Of a DNA stretch of 64,000 nt, positions 51,516 through 63,502 are shown piece by piece. The notes below the pieces were generated by a model. The model worked only from the letters and a program-made list of their open reading frames with translations. It was not told the DNA's origin and did not search any database. Origin of the DNA: Azolla caroliniana. Taxonomy: Eukaryota; Plantae; Polypodiophyta. Position 1 is the first letter of the stretch; every line of letters starts with the position of its first letter. The stretch spans positions 4,588,001-4,652,000 of the forward strand of contig JBHGNT010000020.1 in NCBI GenBank assembly GCA_043228905.1, given 5' to 3'. The translations under genes were made by a program, and so were the position numbers.

Positions 51516-54301
51516 TGGAGTATGCATTCGTGCATACGAATCCAACGAGCATGCCGCAGAACAAGGCAGCCATCATCATCAGCGCGTATGAAGGAAACAG
51601 AATCGATTGGGGAATCATCACAGGCGAGGGACTCCGCGCCGCCTTAGCTTCATTTTAGTCCTGTAAGAAGATGTTGTCTGTTCTTACCCACTTTTTGATG
51701 GTTCTATACCCACCCTCTTCTATTCCTTCCCCTCACACACTCACGTCCCCACCGCCACCATGAAGGCAGAGAGAGAAATTCGTTGCCATCAGCCACGAAG
51801 CATGGGAGGAGCCCACATCGCCTACACCTCTTGCCGCCGACCAAAACCCTGCATCTGCACCACCACCCACCCAACCCCAACAAAAAAGGGCAGTTTCCAA
51901 GATCTGCCAAGAATGGGAGGAGGAGGTAGCCGCGGAAGACAACACGGCCGATAACGTCACCATTCGATAGCAAACGTCGCGCCCCTCGGTAACTTCCCCG
52001 GGGCCTAGCCCACGCCCCAACACACAGCAGGCTGCACCACCACGACCCCAGAAAAGGAAGCAGGTGGAGGAAATGACACTACCGGCCCCGGAACCCCAAA
52101 CACAACCGAGCAAGAGAAGACGACTCAACTGCGAGTCCTCGGAAGAACAGAAAGAGCCACAACAGGAGCAAGCCTTAGTTGTCAGATAGAGCAACCTGGC
52201 CATCATCCCTGAGGAGGCATCGCTGAACCAGGGAAAGATCGAGCATGGGCAGACAACGCAGATCTCGGAGGATGAAGTCCTCGGGTATAAGGACCTCCCC
52301 GCGGAGGCTTACGAATTTAGTGCGCTCCTACGCCTCGATACGACATTCGAGCTAGTCGACTTCCTCGCCAAAGCCCAAGTCGCGGCAGCCGCTTGAATGG
52401 CGGAGGAGCACGCCGAAACAAAAATGATTCACCGCGCGCTAATAGGTGAAATTGAGCCCCAAGAGGACAGGGGTTTACAAAAAATCGGGAGAAAGAAGCA
52501 AGCAAAACAGGCCGCTCTCCTCATGGAGGTCCCTGAGTTGAACACGGCCCTTATCGAGGCATATCGGGACCTAGATCGCACTACGCGGGCAGCCAAAGAC
52601 ATGGCCCGAAAGATAAAAATAGCCCAAAAACAGGCTAAGATGGCTACAGAATTATGGCACGCTATGAACCAGAAGCTGGCAGCTTGGGAGCAAAACCGGC
52701 CGGAACAACAACTCTTGAGCCTTCCGGTCACGACCACCAAGGCCCTCCCAGCGCCTCCATGCATAACAATGATGGATGAAAGCACCATCACCGACTCAAT
52801 CCTGACGATACAGGCCAGCACACAAACGGACTCGTTACAAATGGTCTATGCCTGCACAACAACCGAGGCGCCCACGCCCATGGAGAAGACCGAGATACCA
52901 CCACCTCGTGCACCCAAGGAGGTGGCAACCCAGACAGAACCCCCGCTCCGGGATTACCGTGCGGAGCTTAAAGAAGAACAATGGCGAACCGAGAGACACG
53001 AACAACGGCATCAAGAGGCGATGGCTCGCCTAAAAGAAGAAGCTTCAAAGCAGATGGCCGAGATGAGAGCCCAGGCCGACCAAAGGATACACAAGTAGAA
53101 CGAAGCACTAGGCCGGGTACAAGAGCAAGCCGTGGGCAAAGAAGCCGAACTCAAAAGCAAGCTGGAGGAATACGCAGCCACGGTGGCAAAGAAAGAGAAG
53201 GAGGTCCTAGACCTACAGGCCACGCTCGACAATGCGAAAGACTGGAACCATCGGCAGGAGGAAAGAAATCGCCAACGGGAGGAGAGAATGATCGCGGAGA
53301 ATGCCGAGCTGCAGAGTCAACGTACGACCCTTAAAGAAATGGCTGACGAGTTTTTCATCAAATGCAAGCTACTTTCGGAGCAAAAAGACGAATTATCGGA
53401 TTCCTACTTCGCCCTACAAGAGGAGAGAATCGTCGAACGGGAACAAGTCTGGGCCACGTGTCAAAAAGAACGGGAGCAAGCCACCAAAGAACTCACCAAG
53501 CGTTACGAGCAGGCTATACAGCTCATAACCGCGGATGCAAAGAACACTCAAGCCATCTATGAACTACGAGCGCAGACGCTTCAGGCCGAGGTCGACAGCT
53601 TAAAACAGGAATTAGCAGCCATCCGAGCACAGCCCGGCATGGATGAGACACGCATCAAAATACTGATCGAGAAACAGCGCCAACACCTGACCAAAAAGGT
53701 CGAGGAAACATTAAGTCGCGCAGGAGACGAATGGGCAGCCCAAGCTGCCGAGTTGCATATTTTACGCGCCGACGCCGAGAACCGACGGAAGGAGAGCCGT
53801 GGCTTCTACAAAATGGACGAAGCCAGCATACAAAACCTGCGTGCAGATTTAACGGAGGATTACCAATCCTTGGCAAAATCTCACACTGCGGCAATCGAGC
53901 AAATAATGGAGGACTTCAATGACGGTCAGATATTGTTTCGCCTGGAAGCAGAAGCCTTCGAATGAGAACGACTCGCAACCATCCCAACAAGCCCTCCAAT
54001 GGCCATAGAGCACAAGGAAGAACCTTCCAACAAGGAGATCACGGACACGACACAGGAGGAACTTGCCCCGGCCAACAGACATCCCATGGACGCCCACACG
54101 GTACCAGATCCAGTCGAAGTAGAGGTCAGCGCCCTCGAACCCACACCCCCACCAGAAGAATCGGCCACACCGGAGGCGGACGCCCGAGAAGATATGACAC
54201 CCCCGGACCAAACTCAACCCCCCGCACCGATAGTTCAACCAGACCACCCTGCCACCACCCCGAACCCCGAAAACATCCTCGACATCTTAAAAGAGGAATG
54301 A
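51500..54301 (+). pseudogene. Accessory sense ORF (about 930 codons; Pro-rich linker and long coiled coil), interrupted by in-frame stops
   Basis: The ATG at 51515 and the ORFs at 52397, 53132 and 53999 are all in one frame; stops are TAG/TGA, consistent with CAG/CGA deamination. Confidence 0.8.
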
Positions 54302-54380
54302 AACGAGGATCATGCCTAAAAGGCAATTTTTGTAATATTGTTAGTATTTTATAAGTCGTGGGTCCGACGAACAAGGTCCT

Positions 54381-54397
54381 GTCCCACGGGCGTGCCA
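54381..54397 (-). other. Second, inverted tRNA-Arg-like primer site at the PPT position
   Basis: GTCCCACGGGCGTGCCA (reverse complement TGGCACGCCCGTGGGAC), 2 nt before the 3' LTR. Confidence 0.8.
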
Positions 54398-54862
54398 GGT
54401 GTTGTCCAGAGGACAGAAATGTAAAATTAGGGAATTAGCAAACGCCGAGTCCGAGTATTACGGGCCACCGATGGCTCGGCTGTGTATTAGGGGAAAAGTT
54501 ATTTAAACGAGGACCAGTACCTCAGAGAAGGAGAGAAGAAAAATATAGGGGGAAGCACTAGCTTAGTCCCTCGTAACTAGATAAACTTGTAAGGTCACCG
54601 GCCATAGGCCGTGTTCTGTAATATTTTTTCTGTCATAGTAATATATCTGATTTGTGCCCATTTTGCTCCATGAGTCTGTGCTTTGATCCATACCTATGAG
54701 TTGAACGCTGCCCACGCCTATCAAGACCTTGCTAGTGTTTTCTCTCTGAGCCCTGTCTCTCTCTGGACACCTCTGTTACGAGCCTTCACGTACCACGCCC
54801 TTGAATACCGATAGCCGCAGATCTATTGAAGGTGTTCACCCAAAGGAACGGGTAACAAAATG

Positions 54863-55522
54863 ACACACCTAACCAGATTGACTCCACCAAATTTGGTTCG
54901 TTCTCTTCCCATAAGGAGGGACATGTTTCCCGACAATGAAGAGGGTCTGAAGTATGCTTGCACATGCAAAGTTACCGAAGACGTTCTGGGCTGAGGCACT
55001 GATGATGATAGCGTATGTGATAAAGCGATCACCCTTAGTACCCTTGCACGGTGATATTCCACAAAGGGTGTGGAGTGGAAAATACGTTTCATACCGACAC
55101 TTGAGGGTGTTCGAATGTCTTGCCTAATGTGCATGTTGCAAAGGAGAAGTGGGGAAAGCTTTCCAATTTTTACAAGACAATGGTCTCCAGCCTTGTATGA
55201 TGAGAAGCACTTTCGGTTGGGTGTTAAGTGAAATGACGCACCCGAATCGACCACCCATGTTGATTCTTCGTCGGTGAGATTGATTTCATTTTGTTCACTT
55301 ATGAATAGCAACTTTGCTGCACTCAAGGCGATAGTTGAGGTGTTCTTTTTGTTCGGGATTGTTTTTGGCAATTCTTTAGGAAGTGCCCCCGGCTTCCCGC
55401 AATAGAAGCACGTGGGTCTCCCTCTCGACTTTGACCTTGTCCCCAATTTATCTCGATTTTGGGGACTTTGATTTCGGCCTCTTCCTCGATTCACATCACT
55501 TTTCGTGACAAGGGCCTTCGGG
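54863..55522. pseudogene. Scrambled Tork-like fragments (integrase piece on +, gag/protease on -)
   Basis: SMLAHAKLPKTFWAEAL on + near 54950; CFYCGKPG and WVVDSGASFH on -. Confidence 0.8.
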
Positions 55523-56728
55523 TGTCAAGAGTGGTACTAAGACAGAGAAGTATTGTCAGGAACAGTACTAAGACAGAGAAGGAATTAGTACCAAAAGATG
55601 AGGATTAGTACTAAGGGAGGTGTAGAACTCTCAAGAGAAGGAAAGAGTGAGTGTGTGTGAGAGAGAGATAATGATTGTAAAGAATCGGGTATGATTCTTG
55701 TGTAGCGGAATAGGTGTGAACTGTGTGTGTGTATGAGAGAGAGAGAGTGAGAGAGAGAGACAAGGAGTAAGACACAAAGTATATGCAAGGTAGATTATAT
55801 CAACAAAGGAGAAAGACTCAACGACATACAAGGTGGGAGGAGGGTGCTTTATATAGTCACCCTCTCTCTTCATTAACTACAAGACTCATGGAGCATGGGG
55901 AATGTGAAAGCTCATAAGTTATGTGTCATAGAATATGATTCTATGACTCATACTAAATGCTAGAATACAAAGAGGTGACATAGTGGTGACTCTTGACCGT
56001 TGGAGTGTCTATTCACTCTCAAGGTGAGTTCACACACTAGACCAAGTTGAGCTTGATTCTCAACAATGATGATAACAAGAGATATATATTATGTTAAGAG
56101 AATATACAATAGTAGCTAGGAGGCTTAAGACTAGCGTTGAACTGATTTGGTTCGAAATAATGCCTTGTGCCTCCTTTTAAAGTGTTCTCAGGAGTACTCT
56201 TGAAGTTTCTAGAATGCTCCAGAGAAATTTGGAATATACATCAATTTTCTATAATAAAATTTAAATGAAAATAATATCCTTCATATTACAACATGTAGTC
56301 TAATGGTCAAGAGCTCGACCCATGTAACATAAGGTCATGGTTTCGAGTTTTGCCATATCATGACATTATACCCCCTTTAAAATGACGAGTGTCACGAGTC
56401 GTTTCGGATTGAGGACCCGGTTTTTCAGGATATTGACGATGGAAGTCTTCAAGAAGAGCACGAGCATTGGTCACATTCTCTATTGGTTCCCAAGTACGCT
56501 CGTTGGAACTATATCCTAGCCAATCGACTGAATAGTAGACCTTGTTGTGAACAATCTTCGAATCGAGGATAGCAGCTACCTTGTACTTAGGACCATCTTC
56601 AAGTTCGATCAAGGGTGGAGGTTGTTTAATACGACCTGGGATGGTGTTTTCTTGATAGGGTTCGAGGAGAGAACTATGAAACACCGGATGTATCCGAAGT
56701 TGTGGAGGTAGATCGAGACGAAAAGCAA
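55523..56728 (-). mobile_element. Chromovirus 3' end: chromodomain ORF (56358-56728) and 3' LTR (55523-56365)
   Basis: Same family as 3311-3733 (HPVFHSSLLEPY, chromodomain); PPT AAAGGGGG; LTR terminus has an approximately 31-bp tandem duplication. Confidence 0.9.
55676..56065 (-). repeat. Solo LTR of the 13108-17399 family
   Basis: Near-identical to the LTRs at 13108 and 17008; exact TSD ATGAT. Confidence 0.95.
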
Positions 56729-57074
56729 TGTCGTGAAGATTTTCGGCAATAGTGTGAAAATCCCATAAAACGTACGAAATCGAGTATGAATCACATAATA
56801 CAATAATTGTGAAGATAACATTTTTTATCTAAGTACAAAATGATGGAGGTTTCGAATGCACTTTATTACACGAGAAATGGACAACTAAATGTCAAGATAT
56901 GAGGGTATAAAGTTTATGAAAAGAAAAGAGAAAATTGTGAGATATCCCACATACGCACGACAAATACAGCTCTCATCATATATAAGGTGGAGCAAAAGAT
57001 ATTATCTTTGTGTCTATGTGTGGAGCATAGAGAGTTCAAGGTAACTTGAACTAAGAGTGGAGGTGGCTAGCTAC

Positions 57075-57258
57075 ATCCGGTATCCGGCGAGGCACCGGTA
57101 ACCGACGGCACCGGTATCCGGCGAGGCACCGGTAACCGACGGCACCGGTATCCGACGACCGACGGCACCGGTATCCGACGAGGCACCGGTAACCGACGAC
57201 ACCGGTATCCGACGAGGCACCGGTAACCGACGGTATCCGGCGAACCGGCGTCCGGCGA
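57075..57258. repeat. Tandem repeat of GGCACCGGTA(A/T)CCGAC units in the LTR
   Basis: About ten 16-18 bp units visible. Confidence 0.9.
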
Positions 57259-57813
57259 CTAGATAAATAAATATATAAATATATATACATATTTACATAT
57301 ACAAGGAGGGCAAGTAAGGATTCGAACCTTGCACCTCCAAGTTAGGAGAGCTAAAATGAGTGACATGGTTATCATGCACCACATGTAATACTTAAGCGCC
57401 AAATGGCAAACATGCAATTTATGCATGTCTTGTACCCTCACATGCATCATATGCATGAGAGCATCTATAAAAGAGGGAAGGGGGAGGAGAAAAAACACGG
57501 TTTTTTTTTATGAAATTAAGAAGAAGAAATTCGTTATCAAATTGATCGTGTAACTTGTTTCTTAAATCTAAAGTTAAAAGTTCAATCAATCTCTCTCAAT
57601 CGTTTAATCTCAACTTCTCTCTTTCCCAATCTATCATAAGTACTTTCTCGCTAAAGCTTGCGCCAAAGCTTGTATCGACTTTGAATCCTTCCGGTCCAGA
57701 ACCCCGGCGGTTCCGCCTCACGATCCGCGCATAGTGACGGATCTTCACGACATAATTAAGTGGTGAACCCGACGTGAAAGAGGCGGTAGGAAGGATCAAG
57801 TCGAGATTAATAC

Positions 57814-60018
57814 TTGGAGATGGCGTCCTCAAGCAACCAAGCGGGAGAGCTCGAAAGGATGATGCTAATCGTCGAGCAAATGATGAGATCTCGGGACAAC
57901 GATGCGAGCGTGGAGAAGGTTGTCGATCATGTCGTAGAGCTCGAGGGCCAATTCGATGGAAGGAACGTTACGAAGTTCCTTGATGCATATAGAAGGGAGA
58001 TGAATCAGAGGGACGTGTCCGAGGCACGTCAAATCGCAAGCTTCAAGAGAGTTGTCGCCAACAACATCCAAAGACGCGTCATCGAGCTTCAAGAAGGTAA
58101 GACAACATGGTCCGAGTTCGAGAAAACGATACTAGCGGAGTTCGTGACTGAAGACTCAACGAGGATGACTCGACATGCCCTGATGAAGTGGATAGAGAAG
58201 AAGAATAAGAAGATGAGCGTCTCGAGGGTGTACGACGAATTCGACCAGATGTTTAGTCGTCTCCCCAATACGGACTAAGTGTTGCTTGAAGAGGACAAGA
58301 CTTTGTACTTCTTGAAGGCCGTGGACATAAAGGATAGACGGGAGTTGGGGACTCTTCTCGAAGATGATACCCAAGCAAATGGGCTTGTAGCGGACTGGAT
58401 CGCGGTGAAGCGGGCATGCAATAGGCTCGACAAGCGTCGCCAATGGGTTGATGACACCGACTTGACGGGACCGACTACCACGGAGAAAGCAAGACCGCCG
58501 AAACTAGCTGAGCCGCTGAGACAAAGTAACGTGGAAGAAAAGAAGATTGATGACGACATCATTGAAGAGCTAGCGAAGAAGTTCGAGAAGGTCACGCTAG
58601 CCAACATGAATCCTCGGGGCCCTAAAGGAAAAGAACCCTTTAGATGCGTGTGGTGCGATAGCATGGACCACATGAGAAGGGATTGTGCGAGCCTTCGAGA
58701 GGCGATTCGACAAAATATCATATACATAGAGGACAAAATGATCTGCTCAAGCGAGACTAGAAGACCCCTATGGGTGAATTTCGGAAGAGGAGGAATGAAG
58801 AAATCTATGGAGGATGCCGATGCGACTCATGTGGATGCGATGCACTATGCTGCGTCGGCTGGAATAAGAGTCGGGAAAGACAAGATTGAAGCTGCTAGAG
58901 CGGGAGCAAAGTTTTGGACTTCCGTTCTCGAATATGAGAAGAAGGGAAAAGTCAAATCGAACGAGGTAGAGCTTGCGGACCGAAACGTGCAAAGCATAAC
59001 CGGGTGGTCGGATCCGGTGGACGACAACACCATACTCGCAGAGGTGATGTGCGACAACCACGAGGTGTTCGTCGAAGAAAAGAGAAAGAGAATAGAAGAG
59101 CAAGGCCCATCAAAAAGACATGAAACAAGGAACACGAAAAAGAAGGACGATACGGAGACGAGTCGACCTTTACAAACGGAGGAACGAGAATCAAGCCGAA
59201 AAGGGGAGCCAAGCATACGAGTTGAAGAAACGGTTCGGCCCGTGAAGGTTGGTGTCGAAGACCCCACTCGGAGGACAAGGACTATACCTACCTATAAGCT
59301 AAGGTCGGACATAGAGCAGACGAAGGACCTAAAGAAGATTCTCGAAGAACGAGTTCTTGATAGCCACGTAACTTTGTCCTTGAGGGAATTGCTTGGCATT
59401 ACGAAGAAGGAGTTCCATGACACAATTGTGGACCTTGTAAAGAGAAAGAGACAACAATCAGACGAGGAAGAAGAGAAGCCGCAAAAAGCAAAAACGAAGG
59501 CCATAACGATGGCAAGAGACGAAATCGATGAAGATATGGTGGACAGCCACTACACTCGACCTCATTGGGCACGAGCGACAACGGAGACGCCGGTGAAGAT
59601 CGGGGAGAAGAAAGAGACCGTCGTAGCCTTGATCGACCACGGCTCGGAGATCAACCTCATGTCAACCGACTTCTACAAAAAGGGAAGATGGCCAATCAAT
59701 ACAAACCACAGATGGAAGATTCGCGCGGCAACAAAGTCTACAGAGGACTTGTACGGAGCTTGTCCCAATGTCAAAGTCACGATCGGGGATGTGGAGATGG
59801 ATCAACACTTCTTTGTACAAGAATCGTCGTCGCATCCTGTCATCCTAGGGCAACCTTATATCACATCATCTCGGATGGAGACCAGAGTGTTCGATAATGG
59901 AGCAGCCTTCGCACGAATAAAGAGTCTTGACAACCAAAGATCAGTCCAATTCCTAACGGTGCGAGCCAATCATGAAAGGAATCGAGATAGTCTCGGAGCC
60001 GAATCCTCAGATTTTTAG
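57814..60018 (+). pseudogene. Gag (CCHC knuckle, DUF4100-like region) plus aspartic protease; one premature stop
   Basis: CVWCDSMDHMRRDC; LIDHGSEINLM and VILGQP protease motifs; TAA at 58276. Confidence 0.9.
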
Positions 60019-63000
60019 AGCGGACTATTGAAGCATGGGGCACAAATAGTCCGAGCGATCAGAAGACCCCACAAGAAAGAAGAGTGCGTGGATTGCAAGG
60101 AGAAGCAACATGTGTCACACCTAGTGGTGCATGTAAACTAGTACTACCCGACAAGAAGCACAAGCATCGGATACAAGAATTCGAGAAGATGCTGAAAGAA
60201 GAGAACATAATAGAAGAAGGGGAGTTTGTGACTCATATTATGGAAGAAGCCTCATTTAATGACACCATCGGCGAAATCGAGGACGTCGTGGACTTGAGCT
60301 ATCTTCACAACCAACGCGTGATTTCGGTTAACTCCGTCAACATGTACGCTATCATCGATGAATACCGTCGTGGCATCTCGATGAAGGAAGCTGACATCAA
60401 CACGAAATATAAAACGGTGGATAAGAAGATCAAGCCAGTTGCGGTTCCGCTACCGGAAGATAGCAGGCAAAAGATAAAGGAAGTCGCTAACGATCCAAGC
60501 TTAAGAGATCCGAAGAAGATAGGTCATGACTTCACCAAAGAGACGAAGGGGAAGCTACGAGTTGGAAAGGAGGATTTCCTTCTCCCTGAAGAGGAGCGAA
60601 TGTTTCGCGATATGCTTGAGAGACATGGGAAGGCTTTCGCATTCTTCCCACGAGAAATCGGATGCGCCGACCCAAAGGTTATAGAGCCGATGGTGATCTT
60701 CATGGTGCCTCATGTGCCTTGGAATTTGAAACCGATACCGGTTCCGAGAGCACACCTTCCGAAGCTGATCGACCTCTTAAAGGAGAAGGTGAGTATGGGA
60801 ATTCTAGAACCGTCGAATGCTCCTTATTCCAATAGGTGGTTCACGGTGCCGAAGAAGAATGGATCATTGCGATTCATCCAAGATCTTCAACCCGTCAACA
60901 AGGTGACAATTCGAAATGCCGGAATCGGTCCGAGCGTGGACGAATTTGCCGAAGCGTTTGCGGGCCCGGTCATCTACTCCATTGGCGATCTCTACTCCGG
61001 ATATGACCAATTCCAATTGGCGATCGACAGTCGGGACATTACAACCATGAGGACTTCGATCGGGCTTCTGCGGATGTGTACCTTACCCCAAGGCGCAACG
61101 AACTCGGTGGCTCACATGGTGAATGCCATGAATAAAGTCTTGAAGGATTGCATTCCGGACATCACGATGCCATTCTTGGATGATATTCCGATAAAAGGAT
61201 GTTCGGATGAGGAGAAAGATGAATCGAAAGATAAGGAAGGTTGTAGAAAGTTCGTTGAGGATCATATGAAAGATTGCGAGAAGGTGCTTCAAAGGCTCGA
61301 AGATGCGAATTTGACATTTTCGGGAGAAAAATCCGCATTCGGGCAACCGGAGATCTTGGTGGTAGGTCACTTGTGTGGAGCATACGGCCGGAAGCCCTCG
61401 CCATCCAAAGTGAATTCAATCCAAGACATGAAAGAAGAATGCGAAAACCAAACGGAGGTTCGAAGGTTCCTTGGAGCGTGCACATTTTATCATATATGGA
61501 TTCCTCACTACGCTCATGTCGCCGAACCGTTATATGGACTACTAAAGAAAAGAATAAAGTTCGAATGGCGAGACGAGCACACAGAGGCGATGGAAGATTA
61601 AAGAAATTGCTTCTTGAAGCTCCGGCACTAAGGAAGGCCGACTATGCCGAAGGGAAACCAATTTACGTGACCGTAGATACGAGCCCAACCGGAATCAGGT
61701 GGGTCATCAATCAAGAAGGTGAAGATAATGTGCGATATGCTGTCCGGTTCGGAGCAAAGGTTCTCAGCGAACGGCAACAAAGATATGCCCAAGTCAAGCG
61801 GGAACTTTGGGGTATTGTGTCGGCAGTGAAGACGGACAAAGATTACCTGATCGGGTCAGAAGTGATAATAGAGACAGATTGTCTCCCAATTCTCGGAATG
61901 GTCTCGGGATGTGCGACCCCAGATCTTGCTATGCTAAGGTGGATCGCCTACATCAAGTCTTTAAACCCAGAGATCCGTCACATCGCAGGGAAGAAGAACG
62001 CCATGGCAGACATGCTGTCGAGGGCAAGATTTTCAAATGGAAGTAACATGGTTTCGGAAGATGAAGATGTTGCCCTCGACTTCTTCAAGATGGCTCGATT
62101 GTCGGCGGAAGACCAGGACATGCAAACCCTCCACGCCTTCAACAAGAATGAGTACGAAGGAGAATGGTTACTCATCGGTAGATTGCTAAGAACATTGACG
62201 ACAGATGCTTCGTTGACAAAGGAGGAGGCCCTATGAATCCGAAAGAAAGCTTACCGATACTTCTTGAAGGGAGGATTCCTTTGGCGACATCCAAAAAGAA
62301 GGACAGGAATACCACGTCGAGTGGTGGTAAAGAAAGAAGAGCAAGAGACGCTGATGACCAAATTCCACGAGAGTGCTTGGGCAGGTCATAGAGGAACATG
62401 GGCGATGTTCGAAAAATTGAAGGAGAAGTACTGGTGGCCAAGAATGTACAAAGATGTACTCCATTTCGTGTCCACATGTGAAACTTGCCAAATATATTCA
62501 AATATACGTCATCGTGATGAGTTAAAGCCGACATACCCACTCACCATTCACTTTAAATGGATGGTGGATCTGGTCTCAATGCCAATGGGAGTGGGACAAA
62601 TGAAGTACTTAGCGCTGGCAAGGGAAGACTTGACAAATCAAGTGGAAGGACGAGCCTTGACAAATAAGATGACTTCAGCTGTTTGTAAATTTTTACTTGA
62701 AGATGTTGTTTGCCGATATGGATGTGTAGGGAAGATAGTGGTCGACCGAGGGGAGTTGGACGCGCTCGAAGCGACGGAGCTCTTCGAAAGACTAGGCGTG
62801 AAGCTCTCCCTCACGACTGCCTACAATCCGGAAGCAAATGGGAAGATCGAGCGAGGGCATGGACCTATCGTTAAAGCCATCGTACGGGCATGCAACGGTC
62901 GAGTCGGGAATTGGCCACGACTATTACCCTATGCCTTGTGGGCCGATAGAACGACACATAGCTCGGTGACAGGGTATATGCCGACGGAGCTTATGTATGG

Positions 63001-63502
63001 ACAAAAGCCGATTATGCCCATCGAAAGGACGATCGCCTCATGGGTAGCGATATCGTGGGAGAACGAGATGAGCCGAGAAGAGTTATTAGCGGCGCGGATA
63101 AGGCAACTTCAAAGAAGACCTGAAGATTTAGAAAAAGCACGAAAGATGATGAAGGCAGCCCGAGTAAAGAACAAAGTTCGGTTCGACAACACGCATCGAC
63201 TTCGTCCCAAGAAGATTGAAGAAGGGGATTGGGTTTTGGTTTACGACAACACCCTTGACAATCAACATAGTACAATAAGGAAGTTCGCAAGAAGATGGTT
63301 CGGGCCGTATGTGGTGACAAGTGCCAACGATAATGCCACATACCGCCTTGCAGAACTAGACGGATCAAGGTTGGTCGTACCCATTGCGGGAAAAAGAGTA
63401 AAGCTTTTCAAGAAAAGACAAGACAAGGATCCTGACCTCGATTACCTCGACGATGAACATAATAAACCGGATGAAAATGAAGACATAGAGGAATCTAATT
63501 GA
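60012..63502 (+). pseudogene. Pol (RT, RNase H, integrase) in the -1 frame relative to gag-PR; one frameshift near 61595 and one stop at 62234
   Basis: LPQGATNS, FLDD, VDTSPTG, ETDC, HRG..CETC, VDRGE, NGKIERGH and GPY motifs. Confidence 0.95.

Larger units (their letters stand above)
47545..54857 (+). mobile_element. Non-chromoviral gypsy element with paired LTRs (47545-48000, 54400-54857), gag-PR-RT, internal deletion of RNase H/integrase, extra 3' ORF
   Basis: LTRs TGTTG...TAACA; exact TSD AAATG; RT motifs RVCVDYRKLN, LDGFSGYNQI and FLDDF. Confidence 0.96.

Noticed and set aside
47545-54857. Interpretation of this element as minus-strand because the better PBS match is at the right LTR
   Set aside because: Gag, PR, RT and the extra ORF are all on +, and a PBS also follows the left LTR; kept instead as the double-site finding.
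57075-57258. Short repeats resembling a CRISPR array
   Set aside because: Units are contiguous with no unique spacers, lie inside an LTR, and the context is eukaryotic with no cas genes.
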